A DNA stretch of 64,000 nucleotides from Macrostomum lignano (taxonomy: Eukaryota), in contig NIVC01000212.1 in the NCBI GenBank assembly GCA_002269645.1, positions 612,850 to 676,849 on the forward strand, written 5' to 3'. Positions within the stretch are counted from its first letter, which is position 1. Every line of letters begins with the position of its first letter. Below are positions 34,961 to 47,400 of the stretch, piece by piece. The translations under genes were made by a program, and so were the position numbers. Under the pieces are notes generated by a model. It saw only the letters and a program-made list of their open reading frames with translations. It was not told the origin of the DNA and did no database searches.

Positions 34961-37443
34961 GAGACAGACAGACAGATAGACAGACAGAGAGACAGACGAT
35001 ATAAGTCCGGCCTGACTAATTCCTCTCAATGAATCCAACCCCAGCGGCTGGAGGCGCAGCAGACGGAGCTGCAGCAGGAGAAAGAATACGCCGAGCTTGC
35101 CATGCGCGAGCTCGAATCCGAACTGGCCGCGCTGCGATCTGAGATGACGGACGCTCAGACTACGCTGGAACGGACTCGGGAAGAGAAAGCCGCTTTAGAA
35201 AAGCGGGCAAAGCAACTGCTGGAGCAGGAGAAGCAGAGAGCTGGAGACGAGGAAAGCCAAGACAACAGTGGAGAAGAGTTGGCTAAGCTGAGGCGCGAAG
35301 TTGAAGAAAAAATTCGAGAGAAATCGGCGCTCGCTTCCGCGCTGGAGGGCGAGAGGAGCGCCTTTGATCAGCAGGTGAGACTTGAGTTTCATCTGAGCCT
35401 GAGGGTAGCTAGTAGACACCTGAAGTGTCATAATCTGAGGGTAGCTAGTAGACACCTGAAGTGTCATAATCTGAGGGTAGCTAGTAGACACCTGAAGCAT
35501 CATCTGAGGGTAGCTAGTAGACATCTGAAGTCTCATCTAAGGGTAGCTAGTAGACACCTGAAGCATCATCTAAGGGTAGCTAGTAGACACCTGAAGCATC
35601 ATCTAAGGGTAGCTAGTAGACACCTGAAGCATCATCTAAGGGTAGCTAGTAGACACCTGAAGCATCATCTAAGGGTAGCTAGTAGACACCTGAAGCATCA
35701 TATAAGGGTAGCTAGTAGACACCTGAAGCATCATCTAAGGGTAGCTAGTAGACACCTGAAGTCTCATCTGAGGGTAGCTAGTAGACACCTGAAGCATCAT
35801 CTAAGGGTAGCTAGTAGACACCTGAAGTGTCATAATCTGAGGGTAGCTAGTAGACACCTGAAGCATCATATAAGGGTAGCTAGTAGACATCTGAAGTCTC
35901 ATCTAAGGGTAGCTAGTAGACACCTGAAGCATCATCTAAGGGTAGCTAGTAGACACCTGAAGCATCATCTAAGGGTAGCTAGTAGACATCTGAAGTCTCA
36001 TCTGAGGGTAGCTAGTAGACACCTGAAGCATCATCTAAGGGTAGCTAGTAGACACCTGAAGCATCATATAAGGGTAGCTAGTAGACACCTGAAGTCTCAT
36101 CTGAGGGTAGCTAGTAGAGCTAGGGTGGCTACACCTGTATTACACAAGATGCAGCATGCATTATACTCGACTAAATTCAACTATTCGATATTCGAAGGCC
36201 CAAGAGCTCAGCAATGCGGTCCGGCAATTGAGCGAGCAGCGCGCTCGAGCCAGCGCCGAACTGGCCGCGGAGCAGCGGGCGCGCCAACTCGCCGAGGCGC
36301 GACTGCGCGAGGCGGAGAACAGCCTGGCCAGGCTTCATGCCAGCGTTAGCGAAGAGAGAAGCGTCTACACGCCCGAGCAGAAAGAGGAGATGAAGGCTGA
36401 TGTTGGACAGCTAAAGGCCTATTTTGAGGTTGGATTCCTGTCAGTTTTTGTATAACATGATTATCGTTTTATATGCATGCAGTCTAGGAATCGCCCCCGC
36501 GTCAATTTACCTATAATTGGAAATCGCCCTCACCTCTAATTATACCTGTAATTAGCAATCGCCCCCACCTCTAATTAGGCAAATTAGGAATCGCCCCGAC
36601 CTTTAATTAGGCTAATTAAGAATCGCCCCCACCTCTAATTAGGCAAATTAGGAATCGCCCTCACCTCTAATTAGGCTAATTAAGAATCGCCCCATCTCTA
36701 ATTAGGAATCGCCCCTACTTCTAATTAGGAATCGCCCCACCTCTAATTAGGAATCGCCCCCATCTCTAATTAGGAATCGCCCCCATCTCTAATTAGGAAT
36801 CGCCCCATCTCTAATTAGGAATCGCCCACATCTCTAATTAGGAATTGCCCCCACCTCTAATTAGGAATCGCCCCCACCTCTAATTAGGCTAATTAAGAAT
36901 CGCCCCCATCTCTAATTAGGAATCACCCCTACTTCTAATTAGGAATCGCCCCATCTCTAATTAGAGATCACCCCTACTTCTAATTAGGAATCGCCCCATC
37001 TCTAATTAGGAATCGCCGCACCTCTAATTAGGAATCGCCCCACCTCTAATTAGGAATCGCCCCATCTCTAATTAGGAATCGCCCCTGCTTCTAATTAGGA
37101 ATCGTCCCACCTCTAATTAGAAATCGCCCCATCTCTAATTAGGAATCGCCCTGTTAAGTTATTTAAGAATCGCCCTTCCACCAAAGCCATTCCGGACCTG
37201 TCTCCATTCTCTCAGAACCTCATCGCCAGCAAGTCGACAGACTCAGGCGCTGTAAAGCTGCGTCGCTCAAGTCGTCTACAGCAGCAGCAGCAGCAGGTTC
37301 TGCAACAACCGGAACAACAGCAGCAGCCGTTTTTGGTTCGGGCCAGGTCGCAGCGGCTCCGCGAGAGGCACAGGTCGAGGCTAAGCTGCATGCATTCGCC
37401 AGCTGTGTGTAAGTCAAACAATTACCATGACTCCCGTGTGTGA
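32024..37443 (+). CDS. PLEKHD1: PLEKHD1-like PH-domain/coiled-coil protein, 9 coding exons
   Basis: Exons 32024-32133, 32241-32334, 34163-34252, 34336-34412, 34503-34594, 34693-34745, 35045-35374, 36198-36428 and 37216-37443. The last exon's end is uncertain because of a possible donor at 37409. PH motifs VQYHGFLLKR..KWQRRFCIIKEGFLL, AIPLGDC and QDWYSAL, and the C-terminal LREAENSL..EEMKADVGQLKAYFE, recall PLEKHD1. Confidence 0.75.
32561..33345 (-). pseudogene. Degenerate hAT-family transposase (intron 2 of the PLEKHD1-like gene)
   Basis: Frameshifted pieces: AFCRACCK..GFSAIEHHAKRKSH (BED-like zinc finger), MLPDSEVAAKFGSQRQK, and CSLPHVANTVRTACDKL..KIYAYF, all typical of hAT transposases. 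Confidence 0.65.
33364..34125 (-). mobile_element. 5'-truncated degenerate non-LTR retrotransposon (RT C-terminal half)
   Basis: CVLQGNTLDPFIFIVVLDYVLR (like GVLQGDTLAPFLF), DIALF (YADD region), and SNRALIAKTGISTLSDILRQKRQRLLGHVLKR (LINE C-terminus). Multiple frameshifts. Confidence 0.75.
34800..35017 (+). repeat. (GATA)n/(GACA)n microsatellite
   Basis: Visible directly. Confidence 0.9.
35390..36120 (+). repeat. 33-bp (30-36) minisatellite (ctaagggtagctagtagacacctgaagcatcat), intronic
   Basis: Lies between the donor at 35375 and the acceptor at 36197. Confidence 0.9.
36485..37175 (+). repeat. About 21-23 bp minisatellite (aattaggaatcgcccccacctct)
   Basis: Visible tandem units filling the intron. 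Confidence 0.9.
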
Positions 37444-38094
37444 ATCTTCACTAATGCATAAACCAGGTGAGCTCTGATTTAAAGCTCGAATATTCTTATA
37501 ACAACTGTAATTTTTTAACTCCGTTGAAGACGTTACCTTGGCAACCAACTCACTAGTGATCCTAACAACTCTGGGGCTTATTGTGACTTTTTAACAACTC
37601 AAACGACTGTTGAGTTGTGTTAGCGCTTAACTTTCTACTAACTCAAGTAGGTAGACCTGGGTACTGTTTTCTTTGTTAATAAATCGTATTCTAACAAATA
37701 TCTTGGCTGTGCTATATAATCACTATTTTCAGTAGGTGAACATTTATTTAATTGTTTTATTATACAAGTTCTGAAAAATTATTGCCCCCCCCTAGCCTGG
37801 CAGGTCAGAGCATTTTTATTTTCAAACATTTTCCATTGTATTGCACTGTTTTAGTATAGTGGAGTTTTTTGTGTACTGATTTTTTACCAGCCATTCTATA
37901 TTACTATTAGTAGTTCACCATTGATTTCTTTCCGCTTAACTTAAATTATCAAGTAGTTTTAGTGCCTCAACTTTTATTTTAGATTTTGCACCTTAAAGGC
38001 GATTATCTGGGCGTAATAAGTTTCAGTCATTAGGAGTTTCCGTCATTGGTCATAAAACATCTTTTAAGTTTAAATACTTTGTTATAGACAGATA

Positions 38095-38305
38095 GTCATA
38101 GAAGTTTTGTTTATTGACAGTTGAGATCATATACAGTTGAGGTCATAGACATTTGAGGTCATAGACAGGTGAGGTCATACACAGTTGAGGTCATAGACAG
38201 TAGAGATCATACACAATCGAGGTCATAGACAGTTGAAGTCATAGACAGTTGAGGTCATACACACTTGAGGTCATAGACAGTTGAGGTCATACACACTTGA
38301 GGTCA
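38095..38305 (+). repeat. 16-bp minisatellite (gaggtcatagacagtt)
   Basis: Visible tandem units. Confidence 0.85.
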
Positions 38306-38865
38306 TATGGTATCATAGGCAATGATGCATAAACACTGATAAATAAATGTCCAGAGCTTCAGTAATTTCTGCGAGCAAAAAATTATATTTATTTTATTTT
38401 CCAAATGGCTTTTTAAAGTTGATCAAATATTAATCTTTTCAGCACTTTTGGAGCTAAGTACAGTATTTATTCTGTAATGCTACAGACGTATTTTTTACAC
38501 AATCATTTTTGTTCATCGTACTGATCATTTGCCAAAGTTAATGCTATGTAGAACTAATAATTTTATCAATTTATCGGGGGCCAACATGTTACAATTGTTT
38601 GTTAATTCCGATGTGCACATTTTATTGTTTATGTTTACTGCTGTTTCATTGTGCTATTTGTTTGTGTTTGTTTTTAGGCAGTTGAAACCTGTTTTTGACA
38701 GAATAAATGTCGTTTTTAGACTGGATATCAAGCAGGTGTCTTGTTGCCGGCTGAGTTTATAAATACTTCTGGGAAGAGAAGGTTAGGAAATTTTACGAGA
38801 GTATCGTATATTGCCTTGAGACTTGCATTTGTATTGATTTATTTATCAGTTCACTCCTTTGCTAC

Positions 38866-39425
38866 TCCAGCCTCCCAGAGTGTCAGTTGCTGGGCCAGCC
38901 TCCGAGTGTCATTTGCTGGGCCTCCAGCCTCCCAGAGTGTCAGTTGCTGGGCCAGCCTCCCAAGAGTGTCAGTTGGTAGGCCTCCAGTCTCCCAGAGTGT
39001 CAGTTGCTGGGCCACCAGCCTCCCAGAGTGTCAGTTTCTGGGCCAGCCTCCCAGAGTGTCAGTTGCTGGGCCAGCCTCCCAGAGTGTCAGTTGCTGGGCC
39101 AGCCTCCCAGAGTGTCAGTTGCTGGGCCAGCCTCCCAGATCCTCAGTTGCTGGGCCAGCCTCCCAGATCCTCAGTTGCTGGGCCAGCCTCCCAGAGTGTC
39201 AGTTGGTGGGCCTCCAGTCTCCCAGAGTGTCAGTTGCTGGGCCAGCCTCCCAGAGTGTCAGTTGCTGGGCCAGCCTCCGAGTGTCAGTTGCTGGGCCTCC
39301 AGCCTCCCAGAGTGTCAGTTGCTGGGCCAGCCTCCCAAGAGTGTCAGTTGGTAGGCCTCCAGTCTCCCAGAGTGTCAGTTGCTGGGCCACCAGCCTCCCA
39401 GAGTGTCAGTTGCTGGGGCAGCCTC
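38866..39425 (+). repeat. About 28-bp minisatellite (cagcctcccagagtgtcagttgctgggc)
   Basis: Visible tandem units. Explains ORFs 38741-39566. Confidence 0.9.
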
Positions 39426-39834
39426 ACAGATCCTCACTTTCTGAGCCACCAGAAGCCACCGCCAACCGCTCAGATGCTTCAGTTCATTTTACATGCTGCC
39501 CGTAACAGTTTCACAAGAGCTGACTGTAAGCTAAAGTGGAATAGGGACGGCTTTTGCCTTGATTAGCTAACTGTGTGTAAGAAGCGTGCTGCATTCAATC
39601 TGAGTCTTGTTTTACTTACCTGCAAGATTTATGCGCATAATTTAGCATAAATTTTTATGAAAATCGTTTGACCACTTAGCAGAAATTGGTCCGAATTATT
39701 CAAGAATTTTATATTGTTGTTGATGTTGATGTTGGAGAGCATTCTGGTATTTGAGCATTCGAAACATTTAGGATATGTCTGTAGGCTACCATGCATGGCT
39801 GGAAGGGATCTGGGTCGGGAGAGGGGAGGAAATG

Positions 39835-40470
39835 GGAGTGGAAAAGATGAAAGGGGGAGAGATGGAAGAGAAGAAGAAAGAGATGAGAGGAGGGAAGAGA
39901 GAGAAATGGGAGGAGGGAAGAGAGATGGGAGGAGGGAGGAGGGAAGAAAGATGGGAGGAGGGAAGAAAGATGGGAGGAGGGAAGAAAGATGGGAGGAGGG
40001 AAGAGAGATGGGAGGAGGGAAGAAAGAGAGATGGGAGGAGGTGAGAGAGATGGGAGGAGGGAAGAGAGATGGGAGGAGGTGAGGGAAATGGGAGGAGGGA
40101 AGAGACATGGGAGGAGAAAGAGAGATGGGAGGAGGTGAGAGGGATGGGAGGAGGGAAGAGAGATGGGAGGAGGTGAGAGGGATGGGAGGAGGTGAGAGGG
40201 ATGGGAGGAGGGAAGAGAGATGGGAGGGGGTGAGAGGGATGGGAGGAGGGAAGAGAGATGGGAGGAGGTGAGAGAGATGGGAGGAGGTGAGAGAGATGGG
40301 AGGAGGGAAGAGAGATGGGAGGAGGTGAGAGGGATGGGAGGAGGGAAGAGAGATGGGAGGAGGTGAGAGGGATGGGAGGAGGTGAGAGGGATGGGAGGGG
40401 GTGAGAGGGATGGGAGGAGGGAAGAGGGATGGGAGGAGGGAATAGAGATGGGAGGAGCGGAGAGTGAGGC
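39835..40470 (+). repeat. 19-21 bp purine-rich minisatellite (gatgggaggagggaagaga)
   Basis: Visible directly. Confidence 0.9.
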
Positions 40471-41428
40471 AGAGACGGGAAGTAGTGGGGTGCTGGTAGT
40501 GTACAGCGATCTCGTGTTTCGATCTCAAGGCAATAAAACACGTACATGAATATATGTTATAATATATTGTACTGATGTAACCACGCTCTGGTCGCGGGAT
40601 AGGGCATGGGAACTTTTTCGAAAGTGCCTCCTATCCCGTGCACCCTCTGCACAGAGCTGTCGAGACTCGGCCAGGTCTCCGACCAGGCCTGGAGACTCCC
40701 GTTCTGCTGCACCCCTCCTGCTGCCTTGGTTCCGTCTCCCCTGCCGCCACACCTGCCTTTCCGGAAGCTCCCTACCCCTCTCTGTACCTCCCCCTCTACC
40801 CTATCTCTTCTGTTTTTCGCCCTATTCTTCCTGTACTTTCCCTATCCCCCCTCTTTTCGTCTCCCTCTGCACTCTTTTCCTGCGCTGTCCCCCTTTCCCT
40901 GTGTCTACTTACAGTATTTTGTGTGCTCACCGTCTCCCCATCCCCTCTCAAACTCCCAAACGGTGACGCAAGTCGTGTGACCCCTTCTCCCCCTCGGTGA
41001 CTCATCGATGACTCATCCCCCTCTCTTGCGCAACCTTTTCTCACGCTATTGTTCTCCTTCCCAAATTTCTCATGCGACACCCACCCCACCTCCGCTTCTA
41101 TTGTTCTCGTTTTTGATTCTTTTGTTCTCTCGACCCCACCAATTATCACATTATCCCCGATTTTCTCTTTCTTTTGTTCTCGTTTTCGCACCTAATTATC
41201 ACCTTTTCCCCAATGTTTACTTTTCCATTGTTCTCAGTTCTCCCCAATTATCCCCGATTTCCAATTCCTTTGTTCTCGACCCCAGCCCTATTGTTCTCAA
41301 TGTTTGCTTGCGCAACACTTTCGCGACCACCCGCTGCGCCAATTATCCCCCCCCCACCTCCGGATTGCGCAATTTCCCGATTTCTCATGTTGCTATGCCG
41401 GTCTCATGCTTCTCATCATGACTCATTC

Positions 41429-41512
41429 TGACGTCATTCTGCCGGCAGCCAATCAGAGAGAGGGAGCCATGGTAACGACCTTGAGGAGGCGGCAGTGAGG
41501 TCTATAAAAGGA
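41429..41512 (+). promoter_or_regulatory. Candidate Pol II promoter cluster (CRE, CCAAT, TATA)
   Basis: tgacgtca at 41429, gccaatcag at about 41447 and tataaaagg at about 41503, in canonical order. A strong donor G|gtaagt follows at 41841. Confidence 0.45.
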
Positions 41513-43239
41513 AGCGATTTCGGCATGAGAATACTCAACTGAGTTTATCTCTGTTCCTCTCCTCGTCCTTCTTTGGACTTGCTGTCAGATTGAGTTCTGA
41601 CCCATTCGTCTATAAGACGAATCCCTGCCGGTCCGCGGTCTGTTACCGCCAAGTTATCCTTAGCTCCCCAAGTGAGCTCGCCTATCGGCCAGCGGTCTGA
41701 TACCGCCCAGCATCATCAGCATCGCCTGATCTACATCAGCGCCTCGTTGCTTCAGCGCATCGCCGCTTCACCGTCTGCCTGACTGCAGCCTACAGCCGCC
41801 CTCGGTCACTCCGCCGCTCTCTCTCTCTGTGCAGCTGCCGGTAAGTTCCTGTTACTAATTTGTGCTCTAATTACCTTTGCTTATCCGGGGTTTGCCTATT
41901 TTCCATTGTCTGATTAGAGAGCTGAGCCAATTGTGATACCGTACTTTTTGCTGTATTTTACTCAATAGTGAAGCCGCCTAATTGCCTGATTATTTGCCTA
42001 AGGGCCTAATTATTAACTATTAATTAATCCCATCATTATTCACTCTTTCACCATCATTTCACTCATGGCTTGCTAAGCCTTTCTCCCGGGGTGGCAAAGC
42101 ATAAGGAAGTTTTGGTAAGCTAATGGCCTCTCCCCGTGCACAGCCCGCCTGTGAGTGCGTGCTGCGGGGCCGCGTGTGCGTGCAGTAGAGGGATTAGCGA
42201 GTCTTGGCACAGAATGGCAGTAGGAAGGTTGCAACCCCATGCTGACGCGTCCCTTCGCCTTGAGCAATCTAAACTATAGACAGTACATGTTCGTCTCATA
42301 CTACTCTTAGTAATCGAAGTCGCAAGTTAGCCTCGCTCACAGCCACAAAGGATCCCCTGCTGAGAAATCCTCCTGATTGAGCCCAGAGTTCCCGATCATG
42401 CCCCAAGCAGAGTCCCTGTACTCGGCTGCATGTGTTTCCCCTGTTAGCCTAAATCTCCTGGTAACCATCCCAGGCGGGGCTCTAGCCTCGAGAGGTCTGG
42501 TAGAAAGATCCAGGTGCGCCAGGTCACATAGAGTGGTGGCAGCCACTCGGTCATACGATGACCGAGTGACCAACTATTGCACCTTGGCTACAGGTGGGGT
42601 CCATGTGGGTCCTTGGCCCTCTGGTCACAAAGCGCTACCAAAGCTATCAATCATGTGGGCGGGACAGTCTGGTGCTGGAGGTCCGTCAGGCCATTGCCCG
42701 GTCATAGGCAGCCTACGGTCATTGCCCCCTCTAGTCATGCGTTCGTCTCTCTACGGAGCGGACAGGCGACAAGGGCGGTTACATCAGTACCTTTTTTCAG
42801 CTATAGCCCTCAGCCCCACTGCGGCAGGCCCAAAGAAATTGACCTGACGAGTTTCGCGCCTTGACCGTGCGGGCGGATTTTATGGCCCCCATACAGTGCG
42901 TCTAAGATGGCTTTCGTGTATAATAAATGCATTAGTCTGGACATGGGGATGGCATGCAGTATTACCTGCCTCCTTACTGTGACAGCTCATATTGATTTTT
43001 TCTAGGCTACATCCAGCTGCTTTAGAACTGCTCTGCGACTTTAAGACCCTCCCTGCTCACTACCTCCCATGTAGTGAGCGGAGATAATCAGTAGCGTAAC
43101 TCCGCTACCATAGACAAAGACATCCGTGCCATACATGGCTAGCGGAGATAAGGCCTTATATTCGGGTCGCACATGCATGCCGTGGATTACATACAAAGAA
43201 TCGCCTGATACGAAGAGATATCAGGCGATTCTTGTTTAT

Positions 43240-44770
43240 CTCTCCCCACTGCTCCCATCTCTACCCCACTGCTCCCATCTCTCCCCACTGTCTCCCATCT
43301 CTCCCCCACTGCTCCCATCTCTCCCCACTGCTCCCATCTCTCCCCACTGTCTCCCATCTCTACCCCACTGCTCCCATCTCTCCCCACTGTCTCCCATCTC
43401 TCCCCCACTGCTCCCATCTCTCCCCACTGTCTCCCATCTCTCCCCCACTGCTCCCATCTCTACCCCACTGCTCCCATCTCTCCCCACTGTCTCCCATCTC
43501 TCCCCCACTGCTCCCATCTCTCCCCACTGTCTCCCATCTCTCCCCCACTGCTCCCATCTCTCCCCACTGCTCCCATCTCTCCCCACTGTCTCCCATCTCT
43601 ACCCCACTGCTCCCATCTCTCCCCACTGTCTCCCATCTCTCCCCCACTGCTCCCATCTCTCCCCACTGTCTCCCATCTCTCCCCCACTGCTCCCATCTCT
43701 ACCCCACTGCTCCCATCTCTCCCCACTGTCTCCCATCTCTCCCCCACTGCTCCCATCTCTCCCCCACTGCTCCCATCTCTCCCCCACTGCTCCCATCTCT
43801 CCCCACTGCTCCCATCTCTCCCCACTGCTCCCATCTCCCCCCACTGTTCCCATCTCTCCCCACTGCTCCCATCTCTCCCCACTGCTCCCATCTCTCCCCA
43901 CTGTCTCCCATCTCTCCCCCACTGCTCCCATCTCTCCCCACTGCTCCCATCTCTCCCCCACTGCCTCCCGTCTCTCCCCCACTCCCTCCCATCTCCCCCA
44001 CTGCCTCCCATCTCTCCCCACTGCTCCCATCTCTCCCCCACTGCTTTCATCTCTACCCCACTGCTCCCATCTCTCCCCACTGTCTCCCATCTCTCCCCAC
44101 TGCTCCCATCTCCCCCACTGCCTCCCGTCTCTCCCCCACTGCCTCTCATCTCTCCCCCACTGCTCCCATCTCTCCCCCACTGCCTCCCATCTCCCCCACT
44201 GCCTCCCATCTCTCCCCACTGCTCCCATCTCTACCCCCACTGCTCCCATCTCTACCCCACTGCTCCCATCTCTCCCCACTGTCTCCCATCTCTCCCCCAC
44301 TGCTCCCATCTCTCCCCCCACTCCCTCTCATCTCTCCCCCACTGCCTCCCGTCTCTCCCCCCACTCCCTCCCGTCTCTCCCCCACTGCCTCCCGTCTCTC
44401 CCCCACTCCCTCCCGTCTCTCCCCCACTGCCTCCCGTCTCTCCCCCACTCCCTCTCATCTCTCCCCCACTGCCTCCCATCTCTCCCCCACTGCCTCCCGT
44501 CTCTCCCCTACTGCCTCTCATCTCTCCCCAGTGCTCCCATCTCTTCCACTGCCTCCCATCTCTCCCCACTGTCTCCCATCTCTCCCCCACTGCTCCCATC
44601 TCTTTCCCACTGCTCCCATCTGTCCCACACTGCCTCCCATATCTCCCTACTACCTCCCATTTCTCCCCCACTGCCTCCCGTCTGTCCCCCACTGCCTCTC
44701 ATCTCTCCCCCACTGCTTCCCGTCTCTCCCCCACTCCCTCTCCTCTCCCCACTGCCTCCCATCTCTCTCC
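43240..44770 (+). repeat. 19-20 bp C-rich minisatellite (ctcccatctctccccactg)
   Basis: Visible directly. Explains all ORFs in 43126-44826. Confidence 0.95.
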
Positions 44771-45293
44771 ACTCGTTTACCCCAACTGAAATTCGCCCAT
44801 TAGCAACTATTTACAAAAGCCACTAGTGGCCAAGAGGTCACGGATCGACTTTACAAAAAAACTCTCTCCACACTCAACACTGTTTCTCTCAACACTGCGT
44901 GTGCGGGCGCATCCTGCACACCAAACAGACAACTGACAATTTATATTGCAATAATGAATGAATGCTGAACAACCCCATCATCTGTGCCAGAACAGTTCTG
45001 CCACTGCCTGCGCTTAACTTTAAGTGCCCCGCGCAATTTGCTTTCAAGCTAATGGATGCTTTTTGATGGGGTTTGATGGCTCCGGCTGCGCTGCCAGGGA
45101 CCTCTGAGCCAATTCAACACAAAGTAGCCTAAAGTGTCCTTTACTTGGCTTCCAATCCAGTTTGCTAGTATAGTTTTAAGTAGTCCCTCGAGCGCCATCG
45201 GTCATAAACATTTTCGGACATTTTCGGACGTTTTGATGGACAATAAAATGTTTAAATTGGGAATCCTTAATGACAGGCCACTGCGCGCATGGC

Positions 45294-45700
45294 TCACCAT
45301 GACCATGTCTCACCCTCTAGACCCTCATGACCATGTCTCACCCTCTAGACCCTCATGACCATGTCTCACCCTCTAGACCCTCATGACCATGTCTCACCCT
45401 CTAAACCGTCATGACCATGTCTCACCCTCTAAACCGTCACCATGACCATGTCTCACCCTCTAAACCGTCACCATGACCATGTCTCACCCTCTAAACCCTC
45501 ATGACCATGTCTCACCCTCTAAACCGTCACCATGACCATGTCTCACCCTCTAAACCGTCACCATGACCATGTCTCACCCTCTAAACCGTCATGACCATGT
45601 CTCACCCTCTAAACCGTCACCATGACCATGTCTCACCCTCTAAACCGTCACCATGGCCATGTCTCACCCACTCAACCGTCACCATGGCCATGTCTTACCC
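45294..45700 (+). repeat. 27/30-bp minisatellite (catgaccatgtctcaccctctaaaccgtcac)
   Basis: Visible tandem units. Confidence 0.9.
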
Positions 45701-46399
45701 ACTAAACTATCACTAATCACCGACCATATCCCACCCTAATAACGGCGAATTATTTCTTTTATGAGTACATTTTGCTTTTACTTTTGCTTTGCACATAGCA
45801 CATAATTTTTGGTAGCGAAATATTATTCGGTGTTACAATATGTACTTTTTCTACACAAAGTGCCTATCATCAGAGTTCGTGTCCTCTGCTGCCCCTCAAA
45901 TCTTGCACCCACACAGAGAGAGATGAAAATGCATGTAGAAGTTAACTTTGGCTACAGATAAAGAATGTAAGGGAGGGAAAGCCAGCATCAGTATAGCGGC
46001 ATCAAATTCGGAAGAATTCGCTTCCTGCCAAAGTGATGCTCGGGTATAGATTAGGCCATTTTCATTTCAGCCACAGCCAGCAACTGGCAATGATGGATGG
46101 CGTGTTGCATACAAGCGGTTTGCAATAATTCAGCCTTATCATAAAGAACTGTCTCTAATATTTTGCAGACGACTAATTCAAGACATGATGTCAATAATTT
46201 GGCAACTATCAAGCGGTGTGGGCGGTGTTGGTGTGGCTTCTGACTTGATGATAAAGCACGTTTTTCGAATATTCTGCCTCTTAAACATAATGTTTCATAA
46301 GTTTTTTGCCGGGTTACACAAGTTCAAGCAGCCTTGACTTTTTCGGATTGGAAAAAGATTGAATACCGATTTAAGCGCCAATCGATTTTTAGTGCTTTT

Positions 46400-47400
46400 A
46401 TCAACCGATATTTGGAGCTTATTTATATCAATCGATATTTTGAGCTTTTATCAATCGATATTTGGAGCTTATATCAAACGATATTTTGAGCTTTTATCAA
46501 TCGATATTTGGAGCTTATATCAAACGATATTTTGGCTTTTATCAATCGATATTTGGAGCTTATATCAATAGATTTTTTGAGCTTTTATCAATCGATATTT
46601 GCAGCTTTTATCAATCAATTTTTGTAGCTTTTATCAATCGATATTTGGAGCTTTTATCAATCAATTTTTGTAGCTTTTATCAATCGATATTTTGAGCTTT
46701 TATGAATCGATATTTTGAGCTTTTATGAATCGATATTTTGAGCTTTTATGAATCGATATTTTGAGCTTTTATCAATCGATATTTGGAGCTTTTATCAATC
46801 GATATTTGGAGCTTTTATCAATCGATATTTGGAGCTTTTATCAATCGATATTTGGAGCTTTTATCAATCGATATTTTGAGCTTTAATCAATCGATATTTT
46901 GAGCTTTTATCAATCGATATTTGGAGCTTTTATCAATCGATATTTGGAGCTTTTATGAATCGATATTTGGAGCTTTTATCAATCGATATTTGGAGCTTTT
47001 ATCAATCGATATTTGGAGCTTTTATCAATCGATATTTTGAGCTTTTATGAATCGATATTTGGAGCTTTTATCAATCGATATTTTGAGCTTTTATCAATCG
47101 ATATTTGGAGCTTTTATCAATCGATATTTTGAGCTTTTATGAATCGATATTTGGAGCTTTTATCAATCGATATTTGGAGCTTTTATGAATCGATATTTTG
47201 AGCTTTTATCAATCGATATTTGGAGCTTTTATCAATCGATATTTTGAGCTTTTATCAATCAATTTTTGGAGCTTTTATCAATCAATTTTTGCAGCTTTAA
47301 TCAATCGATATTTTGAGCTTTTGTCAATCAATATTTGGAGCTTTTATCAATAGATATTTGGATCTTATGTCAATCGATATTTGGCGCTTTAATCAAACGT
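46400..47400 (+). repeat. 23-bp minisatellite (ttttatcaatcgatatttggagc)
   Basis: Period of 23 read directly. Confidence 0.9.

Noticed and set aside
35375-36197. HLRVASRHLK repeat domain in the PLEKHD1-like protein
   Set aside because: It is bounded by a clean phase-0 donor and acceptor, and the flanking coiled coil is continuous without it.
37532-37545. X-box gttaccttggcaac
   Set aside because: It lies downstream of a gene at the edge of a dispersed repeat, not near any start codon.
42843-42860. Hammerhead ribozyme (ctgacga / gaaac motifs)
   Set aside because: The two core motifs lie on opposite strands, and no same-strand CUGANGA-stem II-GAAA arrangement could be built.
43097-43150. Twister ribozyme (UAACUCCGC..GCGGAG)
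   Set aside because: The conserved P4 loop (GGUNNCAAGCC) and pseudoknot partners are not present. It is kept only as an unexplained hairpin cluster.
43126-44826. Long Pro/Ser/His-rich ORFs on both strands
   Set aside because: They are translations of a 19-20 bp minisatellite. The same applies to ORFs at 21245-21964, 38741-39566, 39629-40547 and 57302-58352.
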